Below, piece by piece: positions 1 through 10,256 of a stretch of DNA of 64,000 bases. The notes under the pieces are model-generated. The model searched no databases, was not told the origin of the DNA, and saw nothing but the letters and a program-made list of their open reading frames with translations. The first letter of the stretch is position 1. Every line of letters begins with the position of its first letter. A program made the position numbers and the translations under genes. The DNA lies in assembly GCA_040218735.1 (NCBI GenBank), contig JAVJQW010000008.1, positions 96,001 through 160,000 of the forward strand. Reading direction: 5' to 3'. Source of the DNA: Deltaproteobacteria bacterium (GTDB lineage: Bacteria; Myxococcota; Kuafuiibacteriia; Kuafuiibacteriales; Kuafuiibacteriaceae).

Positions 1-2
1 TG

Positions 3-881
3 GCGCAGCTCGAGAACGGTCGCGAGAAGTACGTCCTGTACTGCCGCGCCTGCCACGGTGAGCAGGGCGATGGGCGCGGACCGGCCGGCATCGGCATGCG
101 TCCGCCGCCCCGCAACTTCAAGGAAGGTTACTTCAAGTTCGGTGGCGTCGCCGCGGGTGAGCTTCCGCCGGACTCGGAGATCAAGCGCATCGTGCTCGGC
201 GGCCTCGAAGGCACCGCGATGTTGCCGTGGAAGATTCCGGAGAAGGATCTCGACGACGTCATCCAGTACATCAAGACGTTCGCGGTCGACGAAGATGGCG
301 CGAACATCTGGCAGGAAGACGAGCCCGGCGAGCTCATCGAGATCCCGGAGGATCCGTGGGCGGGCAAGAAGGCCGAGGCCATCGCGCGCGGCAAGAGCGT
401 CTATCACGGGCTGGCGCAGTGCCTGAAGTGCCACCCGGCGTACGGCACGTACCAGGAGATCTGGGACGCCACCGCCGAGGCGACCGGCCAGGGCAGCACG
501 TCCGCGTTCCGCAAAGGCATGTACTACCCGGAGGCGAAGTACGCCGACGCGTACGGCCACAAGCTCCTTCCGCCGGACTTCACGCGCCACCCGATCAAGG
601 CGGGCGCCACGCCGAAGGACATCTATCGCACGATCGCCGCCGGCATCGGCGGAACCGCGATGCCGATGTGGAAGGGCTCGATCCCGGACGAGGACATCTA
701 CGCGATCTCGTACTTCGTGGCGGACCTGTACACGATGGACGGCGAGGCCTCGAAGAAGGCGCGTGAGGCCTGGCTCGCGCAGCCCGAGTTCGTGCCGCCG
801 ACGCCGCCCGAAGAGGGTGCCGAAGGCGCCGAAGGCGAGGACGCTGAAGGCGACGACGACGACGAGGCCGAAGAGCAGTAG
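3..881 (+). CDS. c-type cytochrome with at least two hemes, 5'-truncated by the window edge
   Basis: The frame is open from base 3 (AQLENGREKYVLYCRACHGEQGDGRGP...). Two CxxCH motifs (CRACH, CLKCH), PPRNF and GTAMPxW cytochrome motifs, and an acidic C-terminal tail. Confidence 0.88.
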   Translation, partial: AQLENGREKYVLYCRACHGEQGDGRGPAGIGMRPPPRNFKEGYFKFGGVAAGELPPDSEIKRIVLGGLEGTAMLPWKIPEKDLDDVIQYIKTFAVDEDGANIWQEDEPGELIEIPEDPWAGKKAEAIARGKSVYHGLAQCLKCHPAYGTYQEIWDATAEATGQGSTSAFRKGMYYPEAKYADAYGHKLLPPDFTRHPIKAGATPKDIYRTIAAGIGGTAMPMWKGSIPDEDIYAISYFVADLYTMDGEASKKAREAWLAQPEFVPPTPPEEGAEGAEGEDAEGDDDDEAEEQ

Positions 882-928
882 GCCGCCGTCCCTTGAAAGG
901 CGCGCTCGCCCACGTTATGAGCGCGCCC

Positions 929-1738
929 ATGTTCGCACGCCGAATCACCCCCATCCTCTTCGTCTCCGGCGCGCTCGCGCTGGGCGCCTGCAGCAAGGGC
1001 GACAAGAAGCCCGCCGCCGACAAGAAACCCGCCGCGGCCAAGCCCGCCGAGAAGCCGGCGGAGAAGCCCGCCGAAAAACCTGCGGAGAAGCCCGCCGAGG
1101 TCGCCGGCAAGGGTGGCTCCATCAAGGGCGTCGTGAGCTTCGACGGCGCTGCGCCGAAGCCCGCGAAGATCGACATGAAGAAGGACCCGAAGTGCGTCAA
1201 GACGAACAAGGACGCCATGCGCTCGGACGCGAAGATCGCGGACGGGAAGGTCGCGGAGGTCTTCGTCCACATCAAGAGCGGCCTGCCCGACAAGAAGTGG
1301 GACACGCGTGAGGACGAGGTCGTGCTCGACCAGGTCGGCTGCCTCTACAACCCGCGCGTGGTCGGCCTGCAGGAAGACCAGAAGCTGACGATCGTGAACA
1401 GCGACCCGCTCCTGCACAACGTCCACGCCACGCCGAAGCGCGGTGAGTTCAACATGGCGATGCCGACGCAGGGCATGAAGCTGCAGAAGTCCTTCAAGAA
1501 GAAGGAGCTGGGCTTCGACATCAAGTGCGACGTGCACGCGTGGATGAAGGCGTGGGGCTACGTCGTGGATCACCCGTTCTTCGCGACGTCCGCCGCGGAC
1601 GGGTCGTTCGAGATCAAGGACGTCCCGGCCGGCAAGTACACGGTCGAGTTCATCCACCCGACGCTCGGCGCGCAGGAGGCCGAGGTCACGGTGACCGACG
1701 GCGAGGCGATGGCTTCCGCCACCTTCAAGGCGGGCTGA
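929..1738 (+). CDS. Lipoprotein with cupredoxin-like / carboxypeptidase-regulatory-like domains, of the kind found in respiratory clusters
   Basis: Lipobox LALGAC, KPAE-repeat linker, DQxGCxY, NSDPLLHNVH and KCDVHAWM (candidate Cu ligands), C-terminal DVPAGKYTV fold. The start could be ATG 917 or 929. Confidence 0.75.
   Translation: MFARRITPILFVSGALALGACSKGDKKPAADKKPAAAKPAEKPAEKPAEKPAEKPAEVAGKGGSIKGVVSFDGAAPKPAKIDMKKDPKCVKTNKDAMRSDAKIADGKVAEVFVHIKSGLPDKKWDTREDEVVLDQVGCLYNPRVVGLQEDQKLTIVNSDPLLHNVHATPKRGEFNMAMPTQGMKLQKSFKKKELGFDIKCDVHAWMKAWGYVVDHPFFATSAADGSFEIKDVPAGKYTVEFIHPTLGAQEAEVTVTDGEAMASATFKAG
1008..1100 (+). repeat. In-frame 12-nt repeats encoding a KPAE/KPAA linker
   Basis: AAGCCCGCCGAG-type units translate as KPAADKKPAAAKPAEKPAEKPAEKPAEKPAE. 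Confidence 0.8.
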
Positions 1739-1801
1739 TCCGGGGCGCCTGCCCAAATAGAGGTAGGCAACGCGGGGGTGTCGGTACTAGGTGACCGATC
1801 G

Positions 1802-2893
1802 ATGTCGGTCGCCGATCTCCCGCACGTCAACGCCAGCATCAACACGGTCGTCGCGCTCCTCCTCATCGCCGGCCTCGTGCTCATCAAGCAGGGCCGGCGC
1901 GACGCGCACCGAAACGTCATGGTCGCGGCGATCGTGCTGTCGGGCCTCTTCCTCGCGAGCTACCTGACCTACCACTACCTGCACGGCTCGACGAAGTTCC
2001 AAGGCCAGGGCGCGATCCGGCCGGTCTACTTCACGATCCTCCTCACGCACACCGTGCTCGCGGTCGTGAACCTGCCCTTCATCGTCGTGACGGTCTGGCG
2101 CGCCTACAAGGGCCAGTTCGCCAAACACCGCAAGGTCGCGAAGTACACGTACTGGGTCTGGCTGTACGTCGCGATCACCGGGCCGATCGTCTACCTGCTG
2201 CTCTATCAGCTCTACCCGGGCGACCGGGGCGCGCAGGCCTTCGCCGACGCGCAGAAGATCCACCACGACGGCGACCGCAAGGCGTCGCTCGCCGCGTACC
2301 AAACGGCGGCGGAGCAGGGGCACGTCGGCGCCGGGTGTTACGCGGCGGTGATCGAGGCGACCCTCGCCGACACGAAGACCTCCACCGCGGGGCTCGTCGG
2401 TCGGCTCGCCGAGCACCCGGACGACGTGCACTGTCTGACGCTCCTCGGGCGCGAGCACACCTATGCGAAGGAGCTCGACACGGCGAAGGCCGAGCTGTCG
2501 CGCGCGGTCGAGCTCGCTCCGGACGACGCCTTCGCCCACGCGAGCCTCGCGTTCGCCTACTTCCGCGGCTACGAGTACGAGGAGGCCGCGGCCGAGTTCG
2601 AACGCGCCGTCGCGCTCGACGCGACCGTCGCGATGTACGTCTACAACGCGGGCTACGCGCACTTCCTCGGCGGGCACTACGCCAAGGCGCGGCCGCACCT
2701 CGCGAAGGCGCTCGAGATGGGCATCGCCGACGAGGTCGCCGCGCGGGCGAAGGAGGACCTCGGCGTCATCGACGGCAGCATCTGGATCTGCCCGATGCAC
2801 CCCGACGAGCGCGGCGGAACGGGTGACACCTGTGGCCGCTGCAAGATGGACCTCGAACCCGTCTCCCGCGGAGTCGTGAGCAGCAAGGAGTGA
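1802..2893 (+). CDS. DUF420 membrane domain fused to TPR repeats and a C-terminal heavy-metal-binding (CPMH) motif
   Basis: LPHVNASIN...AHRNVM...FLASYLTYH...HRKVAKYT...WLYVAITG (DUF420-like, 4 TM), then TPR-like helices, then WICPMHP...CGRCKMDL. Confidence 0.8.
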   Translation: MSVADLPHVNASINTVVALLLIAGLVLIKQGRRDAHRNVMVAAIVLSGLFLASYLTYHYLHGSTKFQGQGAIRPVYFTILLTHTVLAVVNLPFIVVTVWRAYKGQFAKHRKVAKYTYWVWLYVAITGPIVYLLLYQLYPGDRGAQAFADAQKIHHDGDRKASLAAYQTAAEQGHVGAGCYAAVIEATLADTKTSTAGLVGRLAEHPDDVHCLTLLGREHTYAKELDTAKAELSRAVELAPDDAFAHASLAFAYFRGYEYEEAAAEFERAVALDATVAMYVYNAGYAHFLGGHYAKARPHLAKALEMGIADEVAARAKEDLGVIDGSIWICPMHPDERGGTGDTCGRCKMDLEPVSRGVVSSKE

Positions 2894-5166
2894 AGCGCTA
2901 CCTCGCGTGGGTGCTCGCGCATCGCGTCGCGGTGCTGCTGCTGATGTTCGCGGTGACGGGGGTCGCCGCGTACAGCCTGACGAACGCCGTCTTTGCGTCG
3001 TCGGTCATCAAGCTCTTCTTCGGCGACAGCCCCGACTACGTCGCGTACCGGGAGCTCGCGGACGAGTTCGTCGGCAACGACGTGATGGTGTTTGCGTTCG
3101 AGGACCCGGAGCTGTTCACGCCCGAGGGCGCGCAGCGTCTGGAGTCCGTGGTCGAGGGGCTACGCGAGCTCGACTTCATCAAACGCGTCGACAGCCTCGC
3201 CTCGGCGGTCCGCATCTCGTCCGAGGGCGACGAGCTGCTCATCGAGCGCTACCTCGACCTCACCGAGACGATGGACGCCGACGCGCTCGTCGACGCGCTC
3301 CGCAAGGACCCGCTGACGTCGGGGTGGCTGATCTCCGACGAATCGAAGGCGACCGCGATGCTCCTGGAGCTGACGCCGGATCCGGACCGGCCGATCGAGC
3401 GCATCCCGTCGATGCTCGCGGAGGTGATGTCGAAGTTCGAGGAGGCCGGCATCGCGCCGGAGACGATTCACCGTGCGGGCATCGTGGTCGAATCGACGGA
3501 GGCCACCGAGCAGGCGCGCTTCACGTTGTCGCGGCTGTTCCCGGTGACGGTGCTGCTCCTCGCGTTCGTGGTGTTCGTCCTGTTCCTCCGCGTGTGGCCG
3601 GTGATCATCACGGGCGGCGTGGCGCTGATCGCGATCGTGTGGACGTTCGGGCTCGCGGTCGCGATCGACCCGGAGGTGAACCTCCTGATGGCGATGGTGC
3701 CGGGGATGATCACGGTGATCGCGTTCTCCGACATCATCCACCTGTACTCGGGCTTCGTCCGGATGTGTCAGTTCGGCATCGACAAGCAGGACGCCGTGCT
3801 CGAGAGCGGCGCGGAGGTCGGCGTCGCGTGTCTGTTCACTTCGATCACCACGTTCGTCGGGTTCGCTTCGCTCATCTTCATCCCGACGCCGGTCATCCGG
3901 CACCTCGGCGTCGTCCTCGGCGCCGGCGTGGGGATCGCGCTGTTGCTCGCGCTGACGCTCGTGCCGATCGCGTTGTCGTGGGTCCCGGGGATCGAAGCGG
4001 GGACACGCGGTGAGTCGCGGTTCGCGCAGCGCTGGCTCGACGCGTTGTTGTCGTGGAGTCAGCGCATCTCGATGGGGTGGCCCAAGGCGACGGTGGCGTT
4101 TTTCACGATCGTCATCGCGGTGTGTGGGTACGGCGCGTCGCTGCTCACGATCGAGTCGAGCTTCGCGAAGCGCCTCGATCCGGACAACCCGATCCGGCAG
4201 TCGCAGCGCTACATCAGCGACAACTTCTCCGGTGCGAACTTCCTCGACGTCTACGTGCTCGCGCCCGACGGCAAGGACGTCCTCGACCCGGAGGCGTTCG
4301 CGGGGATCGCGAAGCTCCACGAGATGATCGAAGCGCAGCCGGAGGTCGACGACGCGCTGTCCCTCGTCGACACGATCCGCGCGATGCACGGCGCGCTCAC
4401 GAAGACGACCGAGCTCCCGGGCACACGCGAGCTCCTCGCGCAGTACCTGCTGTTGTTCGAGATCTCCGGCGGCGAGGGGCTGTCGCAGCTGATCAACGAG
4501 CCGCGGAATCGACTGCGGCTGAGCGTGCGGCTGAAGGAAGACGGCCTGCGCGGGCTCGCGGCGTTCGGCGATCGGCTGAAGGAGCGAGGTGAGGTGCTGC
4601 TGCCCGAGGGGTACACGGTGAAGCCGACCGGAATCACGTACCTGCTCGGCGACTGGATCACGTTCACGCTCGACGGCCAGCGTCGCGGATTGTTGTTCGC
4701 CGTGTTCTCGACGGCGCTGATGATGATCATCTGCCTCCGCTCGTTGCGCGTCGGCTTGCTGTCGATGATCCCGAACCTCCTCCCGCTGATCGTGCTCGGC
4801 GGTTACGTCGGCGGCATCTGGGACGAAGTCGACTCCGACACGATCCTCGTCGCGGTGTTTGCGATCGGGATCGCGGTCGACGACACGATCCACTTCCTCA
4901 CCCGTCTTCGGATCGAGTCGGAGCGCGCACCCGACATCGACACGGCGGTCGCCGGGACGTTCTCGTTCACGGGCCGCGCGATCATCCAGACCACCGTGAT
5001 CCTGTGCATCGGCTTCTCGCCCTTTGCGTTCAGCGACTACTTCTCGACGCAGATCATCGGGACGCTGCTCCCGATGTGTTTGTTCGTGGCGCTGATCGCG
5101 GACCTGTTCTTGGTGCCGGCGCTCGTGAAGCTGGGTGTGCTGCGCTTCGCGTCCCGCGCCGCGTGA
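2890..5166 (+). CDS. MMPL/RND-family exporter
   Basis: 758 aa, two repeated halves each with 1+5 TM segments. Motifs IAFSDIIHL and GIAVDDTIHFL. GTGA overlap with the upstream gene. Confidence 0.88.
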   Translation: MKRYLAWVLAHRVAVLLLMFAVTGVAAYSLTNAVFASSVIKLFFGDSPDYVAYRELADEFVGNDVMVFAFEDPELFTPEGAQRLESVVEGLRELDFIKRVDSLASAVRISSEGDELLIERYLDLTETMDADALVDALRKDPLTSGWLISDESKATAMLLELTPDPDRPIERIPSMLAEVMSKFEEAGIAPETIHRAGIVVESTEATEQARFTLSRLFPVTVLLLAFVVFVLFLRVWPVIITGGVALIAIVWTFGLAVAIDPEVNLLMAMVPGMITVIAFSDIIHLYSGFVRMCQFGIDKQDAVLESGAEVGVACLFTSITTFVGFASLIFIPTPVIRHLGVVLGAGVGIALLLALTLVPIALSWVPGIEAGTRGESRFAQRWLDALLSWSQRISMGWPKATVAFFTIVIAVCGYGASLLTIESSFAKRLDPDNPIRQSQRYISDNFSGANFLDVYVLAPDGKDVLDPEAFAGIAKLHEMIEAQPEVDDALSLVDTIRAMHGALTKTTELPGTRELLAQYLLLFEISGGEGLSQLINEPRNRLRLSVRLKEDGLRGLAAFGDRLKERGEVLLPEGYTVKPTGITYLLGDWITFTLDGQRRGLLFAVFSTALMMIICLRSLRVGLLSMIPNLLPLIVLGGYVGGIWDEVDSDTILVAVFAIGIAVDDTIHFLTRLRIESERAPDIDTAVAGTFSFTGRAIIQTTVILCIGFSPFAFSDYFSTQIIGTLLPMCLFVALIADLFLVPALVKLGVLRFASRAA

Positions 5167-5210
5167 CCAAAGTTGCCCCGCGTCGCCGTCGCGCTTAGCG
5201 TGCGGTCGCG

Positions 5211-6050
5211 ATGGCGGTGGAACGGGAATCCTGGCGGGCGCGGCTCCTCCAGGATGTGTTTCGCGTCTTGGTGTTCGCGGTGGTCGTCGGCGGCGTGGCT
5301 GCGGCCGTGTACTTCCCGCCGCGGACGTCGCCGCAGTGGCTGGACGTCATCGCGCGGGTCTTCGCCGGCTTCACCGCCGAGCTCCTCGCGATCGCCTTGT
5401 TCCGTCTCGTGCTGCCGACCCCGCGCCGCGGCGCGCACCGCATCGCGAAGGACGGGCAGTACGCCGCGTGGTTGTTGTCGGCGGCGTTTGCGGAGGTCGC
5501 GATGCACCCTGCGCTGCGCTTTCCGTTCTGGTTCCTCCACTCGACGCGTGTGCTCTACCTACGCGCGCTCGGCGCGCGGGTCTCGTGGGGTGCGAGCTTG
5601 CACGAGCAGGTGAACATTCGAGAGCCCGCGTTGTTCGCGGTGGGGACCGGCTCGCAGATCGAACCCGGCGTCACCGTCGAAGCGGCGCTCCACGGCGCGG
5701 GGCGCGTTCGCGTCGGGCCGGTGACGATCGGTGAAGGCTGCCTGATCGGCGCGCACGCCATCCTGCTCCCCGGGTCGACGATCGGCCACGACGCACGCAT
5801 CGAGTCGGGGGCGATCGTCGGCGAAGACGCGCGCGTCGGCGTGCAGGCCGTCGTCGGCGCCGGTGCACGGCTCGGGCAGGAGGTCGACCTCGGCTCCTAC
5901 ACGTCCGTCGGCGCGGGCGCGATCGTCGCGCAGGGGGTCGTCGTCGGCGACCGCGGTCGTATCGCGCCCGGCGCGGTGGTCGAGCGCGACACGAAGATCG
6001 GCGAGCGCGAGGTCTGGGGCGGCACGCCCGCGGTGCGCCTCAAGGGGTGA
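5211..6050 (+). CDS. Membrane-anchored left-handed beta-helix (hexapeptide repeat) acyltransferase-like protein
   Basis: N-terminal TM helices, then VTIGEGCLIGAHAILLPGSTIG... hexapeptide repeats ending in WGGTPA. Confidence 0.8.
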   Translation: MAVERESWRARLLQDVFRVLVFAVVVGGVAAAVYFPPRTSPQWLDVIARVFAGFTAELLAIALFRLVLPTPRRGAHRIAKDGQYAAWLLSAAFAEVAMHPALRFPFWFLHSTRVLYLRALGARVSWGASLHEQVNIREPALFAVGTGSQIEPGVTVEAALHGAGRVRVGPVTIGEGCLIGAHAILLPGSTIGHDARIESGAIVGEDARVGVQAVVGAGARLGQEVDLGSYTSVGAGAIVAQGVVVGDRGRIAPGAVVERDTKIGEREVWGGTPAVRLKG

Positions 6051-6057
6051 CGGGGCG

Positions 6058-6657
6058 TCAGAGGATTTCGATGCGGCCCGAGGCGCTGACGGTAATCGTC
6101 TTCACGACGCCCGACTGACCGACGAGCGTGAACTGGTTCGGCCCGCTGATCTTCAGTCCGCTGCGGCGGAAGCGCATCGTCGAGCCGACGGCCTCCTGAA
6201 TCTGCAGGGGGCTCGCGCTGTCGGTGGCGATGTCTACGACCTCGAGCGTCTGGACCGAGCCGTCCATCGCGATCGCGCGGAGCGCGAGCTGCGTCGGGCT
6301 CACCACGGAGATGGTCGTCATGCGGATGCGGTCGGTGGCGGGACCGAAGTTGATCGGGGGCATCGCGGCGACGGGGGCCGGAGCTGGCGCCGGCGCGGGC
6401 CCAGGTCCCGGGGCGGGCGGCGCGGGCGCCGGCGCGGGGGCCGGAGCCGGTGCGGCCGTGACGGAGCGGCCCGAGGCGCCGACGACGCGAGCCTTCGTCA
6501 CGAGCGACGCGACCTGGCGTGCGGCGTCGCTGCTCTCGCCTTTGCGCTGGAGGGTGGCGAAGGTCGACACCGCGACCACCGCGAGGACCGCCATGATGGC
6601 GACCACGGCCATCATCTCGAGGATCGTGAAACCACGTTGGGCGCTCGTGTTCCGCAT
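6058..6657 (-). CDS. Type IV prepilin / pseudopilin (FimT/GspH-like) with a Pro-Ala insert
   Basis: Class III signal QRG|FTILEMMAVVAIMAVLAVVAV, C-terminal TITVSASGRI, internal (AP)n tract. Confidence 0.85.
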   Translation of the reverse strand: MRNTSAQRGFTILEMMAVVAIMAVLAVVAVSTFATLQRKGESSDAARQVASLVTKARVVGASGRSVTAAPAPAPAPAPAPPAPGPGPAPAPAPAPVAAMPPINFGPATDRIRMTTISVVSPTQLALRAIAMDGSVQTLEVVDIATDSASPLQIQEAVGSTMRFRRSGLKISGPNQFTLVGQSGVVKTITVSASGRIEIL

Positions 6658-6723
6658 CGTCGCGGATCAAAGTACGCAATCAGGGCTGCGCTGTCACGGT
6701 CGGACCACGGTCCATGCGGATCG

Positions 6724-8424
<1,701 letters not shown>

Positions 8425-8455
8425 GCTGGGTGATGGTACCCCAAGTCGCGCCGGC

Positions 8456-9136
8456 TCAACGACCGAGCGCGTATCCGATCGCGATTCCGATCGCGAGGAT
8501 GGCGGCGATGATCATCGCGACGGACTTCAGCTGGAGGCGCGCGCCATCGCGTTCGTGACGGTTCGGTGTCGGACCGTCCGAGGTCATCTCGAGCAAGTAG
8601 CCTTGCGTCGTCAGGAACTTCCGCACTTCGTCGAGGAGGCGCTCGTACTCGGATTCGACCATCTCGAACTTGCGTCCGTAGCGTTCGAGGTACGCACCGC
8701 GCATGACGTCGTAGGTCTTGAGGCGAGCTTGGTGTGTCGTGGCGTCGAGGTGCCCGAAGGTGAACGTACCGACGTTGGGCGAGCCTTCGCGGTGGAGCAC
8801 GAGCGCCTGGCGGGCCTTGGTGCCGCCTTCGGTCGACATACCGTCGGGTGTGTTCAAGCGAACACGCCAGCGCGGCGCGATGCCGAAGTGGGTGGTCTGG
8901 AAGCGGTGCCGGAAGAGGGCGCCGATCTCCATGCCCTGGAGGGCGTGGTGCGTACGGTCGACGCCGTCGTGCGTGCGGGCCGATTCAGGGTCGGTCGTCT
9001 CGGAGGTGCGCTCCGGCGCGGGGGGCGCTTCGGTCGCATACACCGTGGCGTCGAACGACTCGGACGGCGCGGGCGTGTCTTGGCTCGCGTCGAGGTCCGT
9101 CGCGTAGATCGTGGCGTCTTCGTCTCGAAGGGTCAC
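8456..9136 (-). CDS. Hypothetical protein with a C-terminal membrane anchor
   Basis: 226-aa ORF with GC3-biased codons. The N-terminus has repeated DATxYAT (Thr-rich, possible kinase substrate) and the C-terminus is hydrophobic. Confidence 0.65.
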   Translation of the reverse strand: MTLRDEDATIYATDLDASQDTPAPSESFDATVYATEAPPAPERTSETTDPESARTHDGVDRTHHALQGMEIGALFRHRFQTTHFGIAPRWRVRLNTPDGMSTEGGTKARQALVLHREGSPNVGTFTFGHLDATTHQARLKTYDVMRGAYLERYGRKFEMVESEYERLLDEVRKFLTTQGYLLEMTSDGPTPNRHERDGARLQLKSVAMIIAAILAIGIAIGYALGR

Positions 9137-9270
9137 GCGTTGGGTTCGGATGATGCCACACGCGCGCGCGTAAACGCATACGGTGCGGGCTGTAAAGAAA
9201 ATGGCCAGGATCGGCCTATAGCGGCCAAAAACTGGCGGCGATCGATCGGCGGCCCTTTCCTAGGCCTCGC

Positions 9271-10215
9271 ATGGTGGCCATCTCACGCACGTACCCCGAG
9301 CCTTCCGCGACCCCCTTCTTGAAGTGGGTCGGAGGGAAGCGGCAGCTCCTCGAAGACATCCTCCCGCGTCTGCCGGGTCGGATGCGGACCTACTACGAAC
9401 CTTTCATCGGCGGCGGCGCGGTGTTCTTCGCGTTGGCGAGCCAAGACCGCTTCGATCGGGCGGTCATCGCGGACAAAAACACCGCGCTGGTCGAGACGTA
9501 CCGCGTCGTGCGCGACGACGTGGAGGGGCTCATCCGTGAGCTCGAGCGCCACGTCGATCATGCGACGGACTCGGACTACTTCTACGAGGTGCGTGCGGTC
9601 GAGACCGCGACGCTGTCCGACGTCGAGCGGGCGGCGCGGCTGATCTTCCTGAACAAGACGTGTTTCAACGGGCTGTACCGCGTGAACCGATCGGGGCGAT
9701 TCAACGTTCCGTTCGGGCGCTACAAGAACCCGCGGGTGTTGAACCCGACGGTGCTGCGCACGTGCTCCGCGTTGCTGCGTGGGGTGGAGATCCTGGAGAG
9801 TGACTTCGCGGACGTCGCGCGGCGCGCGGGGCGCGGTGACGGGATCTACTTCGACCCGCCGTACGTGCCGGTGTCGGCGACGTCGTCGTTCACGGCCTAC
9901 GCGAAGCACCCGTTCGGCCCCGACGCGCACGATCGCTTGGCGACGGCCTACGCGTCCTGCGTGCGCCGCGGCGCGGTCGCGCTGATGTCGAACTCGGACT
10001 GCAAGGTGACGCGCTCGCTCTACGCCGACTTCGAGGTCGAGACGGTGCAGGCGACGCGCAACGTGAACTCGGTCGCGAGCAAACGCGGCGCAATCGCGGA
10101 GGTCCTCGTGGTGGGCCTGAAGCCCCACGCCCGCCGCGTCGTCGCCGCGGTGCCGGACGACTCGGCCGTGGAAGCCGCGGTCGCGAAGAAGCGCGGGAAG
10201 AAGAAGGTCGGCTGA
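9271..10215 (+). CDS. Dam-like (D12 class) N6-adenine DNA methyltransferase, orphan
   Basis: PFLKWVGGK, YYEPFIGGGAV (motif I), LNKTCFNGLYRVN...FNVPFG, YFDPPY (motif IV), MSNS. Confidence 0.93.
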   Translation: MVAISRTYPEPSATPFLKWVGGKRQLLEDILPRLPGRMRTYYEPFIGGGAVFFALASQDRFDRAVIADKNTALVETYRVVRDDVEGLIRELERHVDHATDSDYFYEVRAVETATLSDVERAARLIFLNKTCFNGLYRVNRSGRFNVPFGRYKNPRVLNPTVLRTCSALLRGVEILESDFADVARRAGRGDGIYFDPPYVPVSATSSFTAYAKHPFGPDAHDRLATAYASCVRRGAVALMSNSDCKVTRSLYADFEVETVQATRNVNSVASKRGAIAEVLVVGLKPHARRVVAAVPDDSAVEAAVAKKRGKKKVG

Positions 10216-10256
10216 GTCGACGGACCGGCCCGAAGGCCGGTAGGTTTCTTGGGCCG

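Noticed and set aside
9205-9250. Three GATC sites upstream of the methylase as an autoregulatory switch
   Set aside because: GATC and CGATCG are frequent throughout the window, so local clustering is not persuasive without counts.
8456-10215. Restriction-modification system around the methylase
   Set aside because: Neither neighbour shows PD-(D/E)xK or HNH nuclease motifs. One is membrane-anchored and the other is a lipoprotein.
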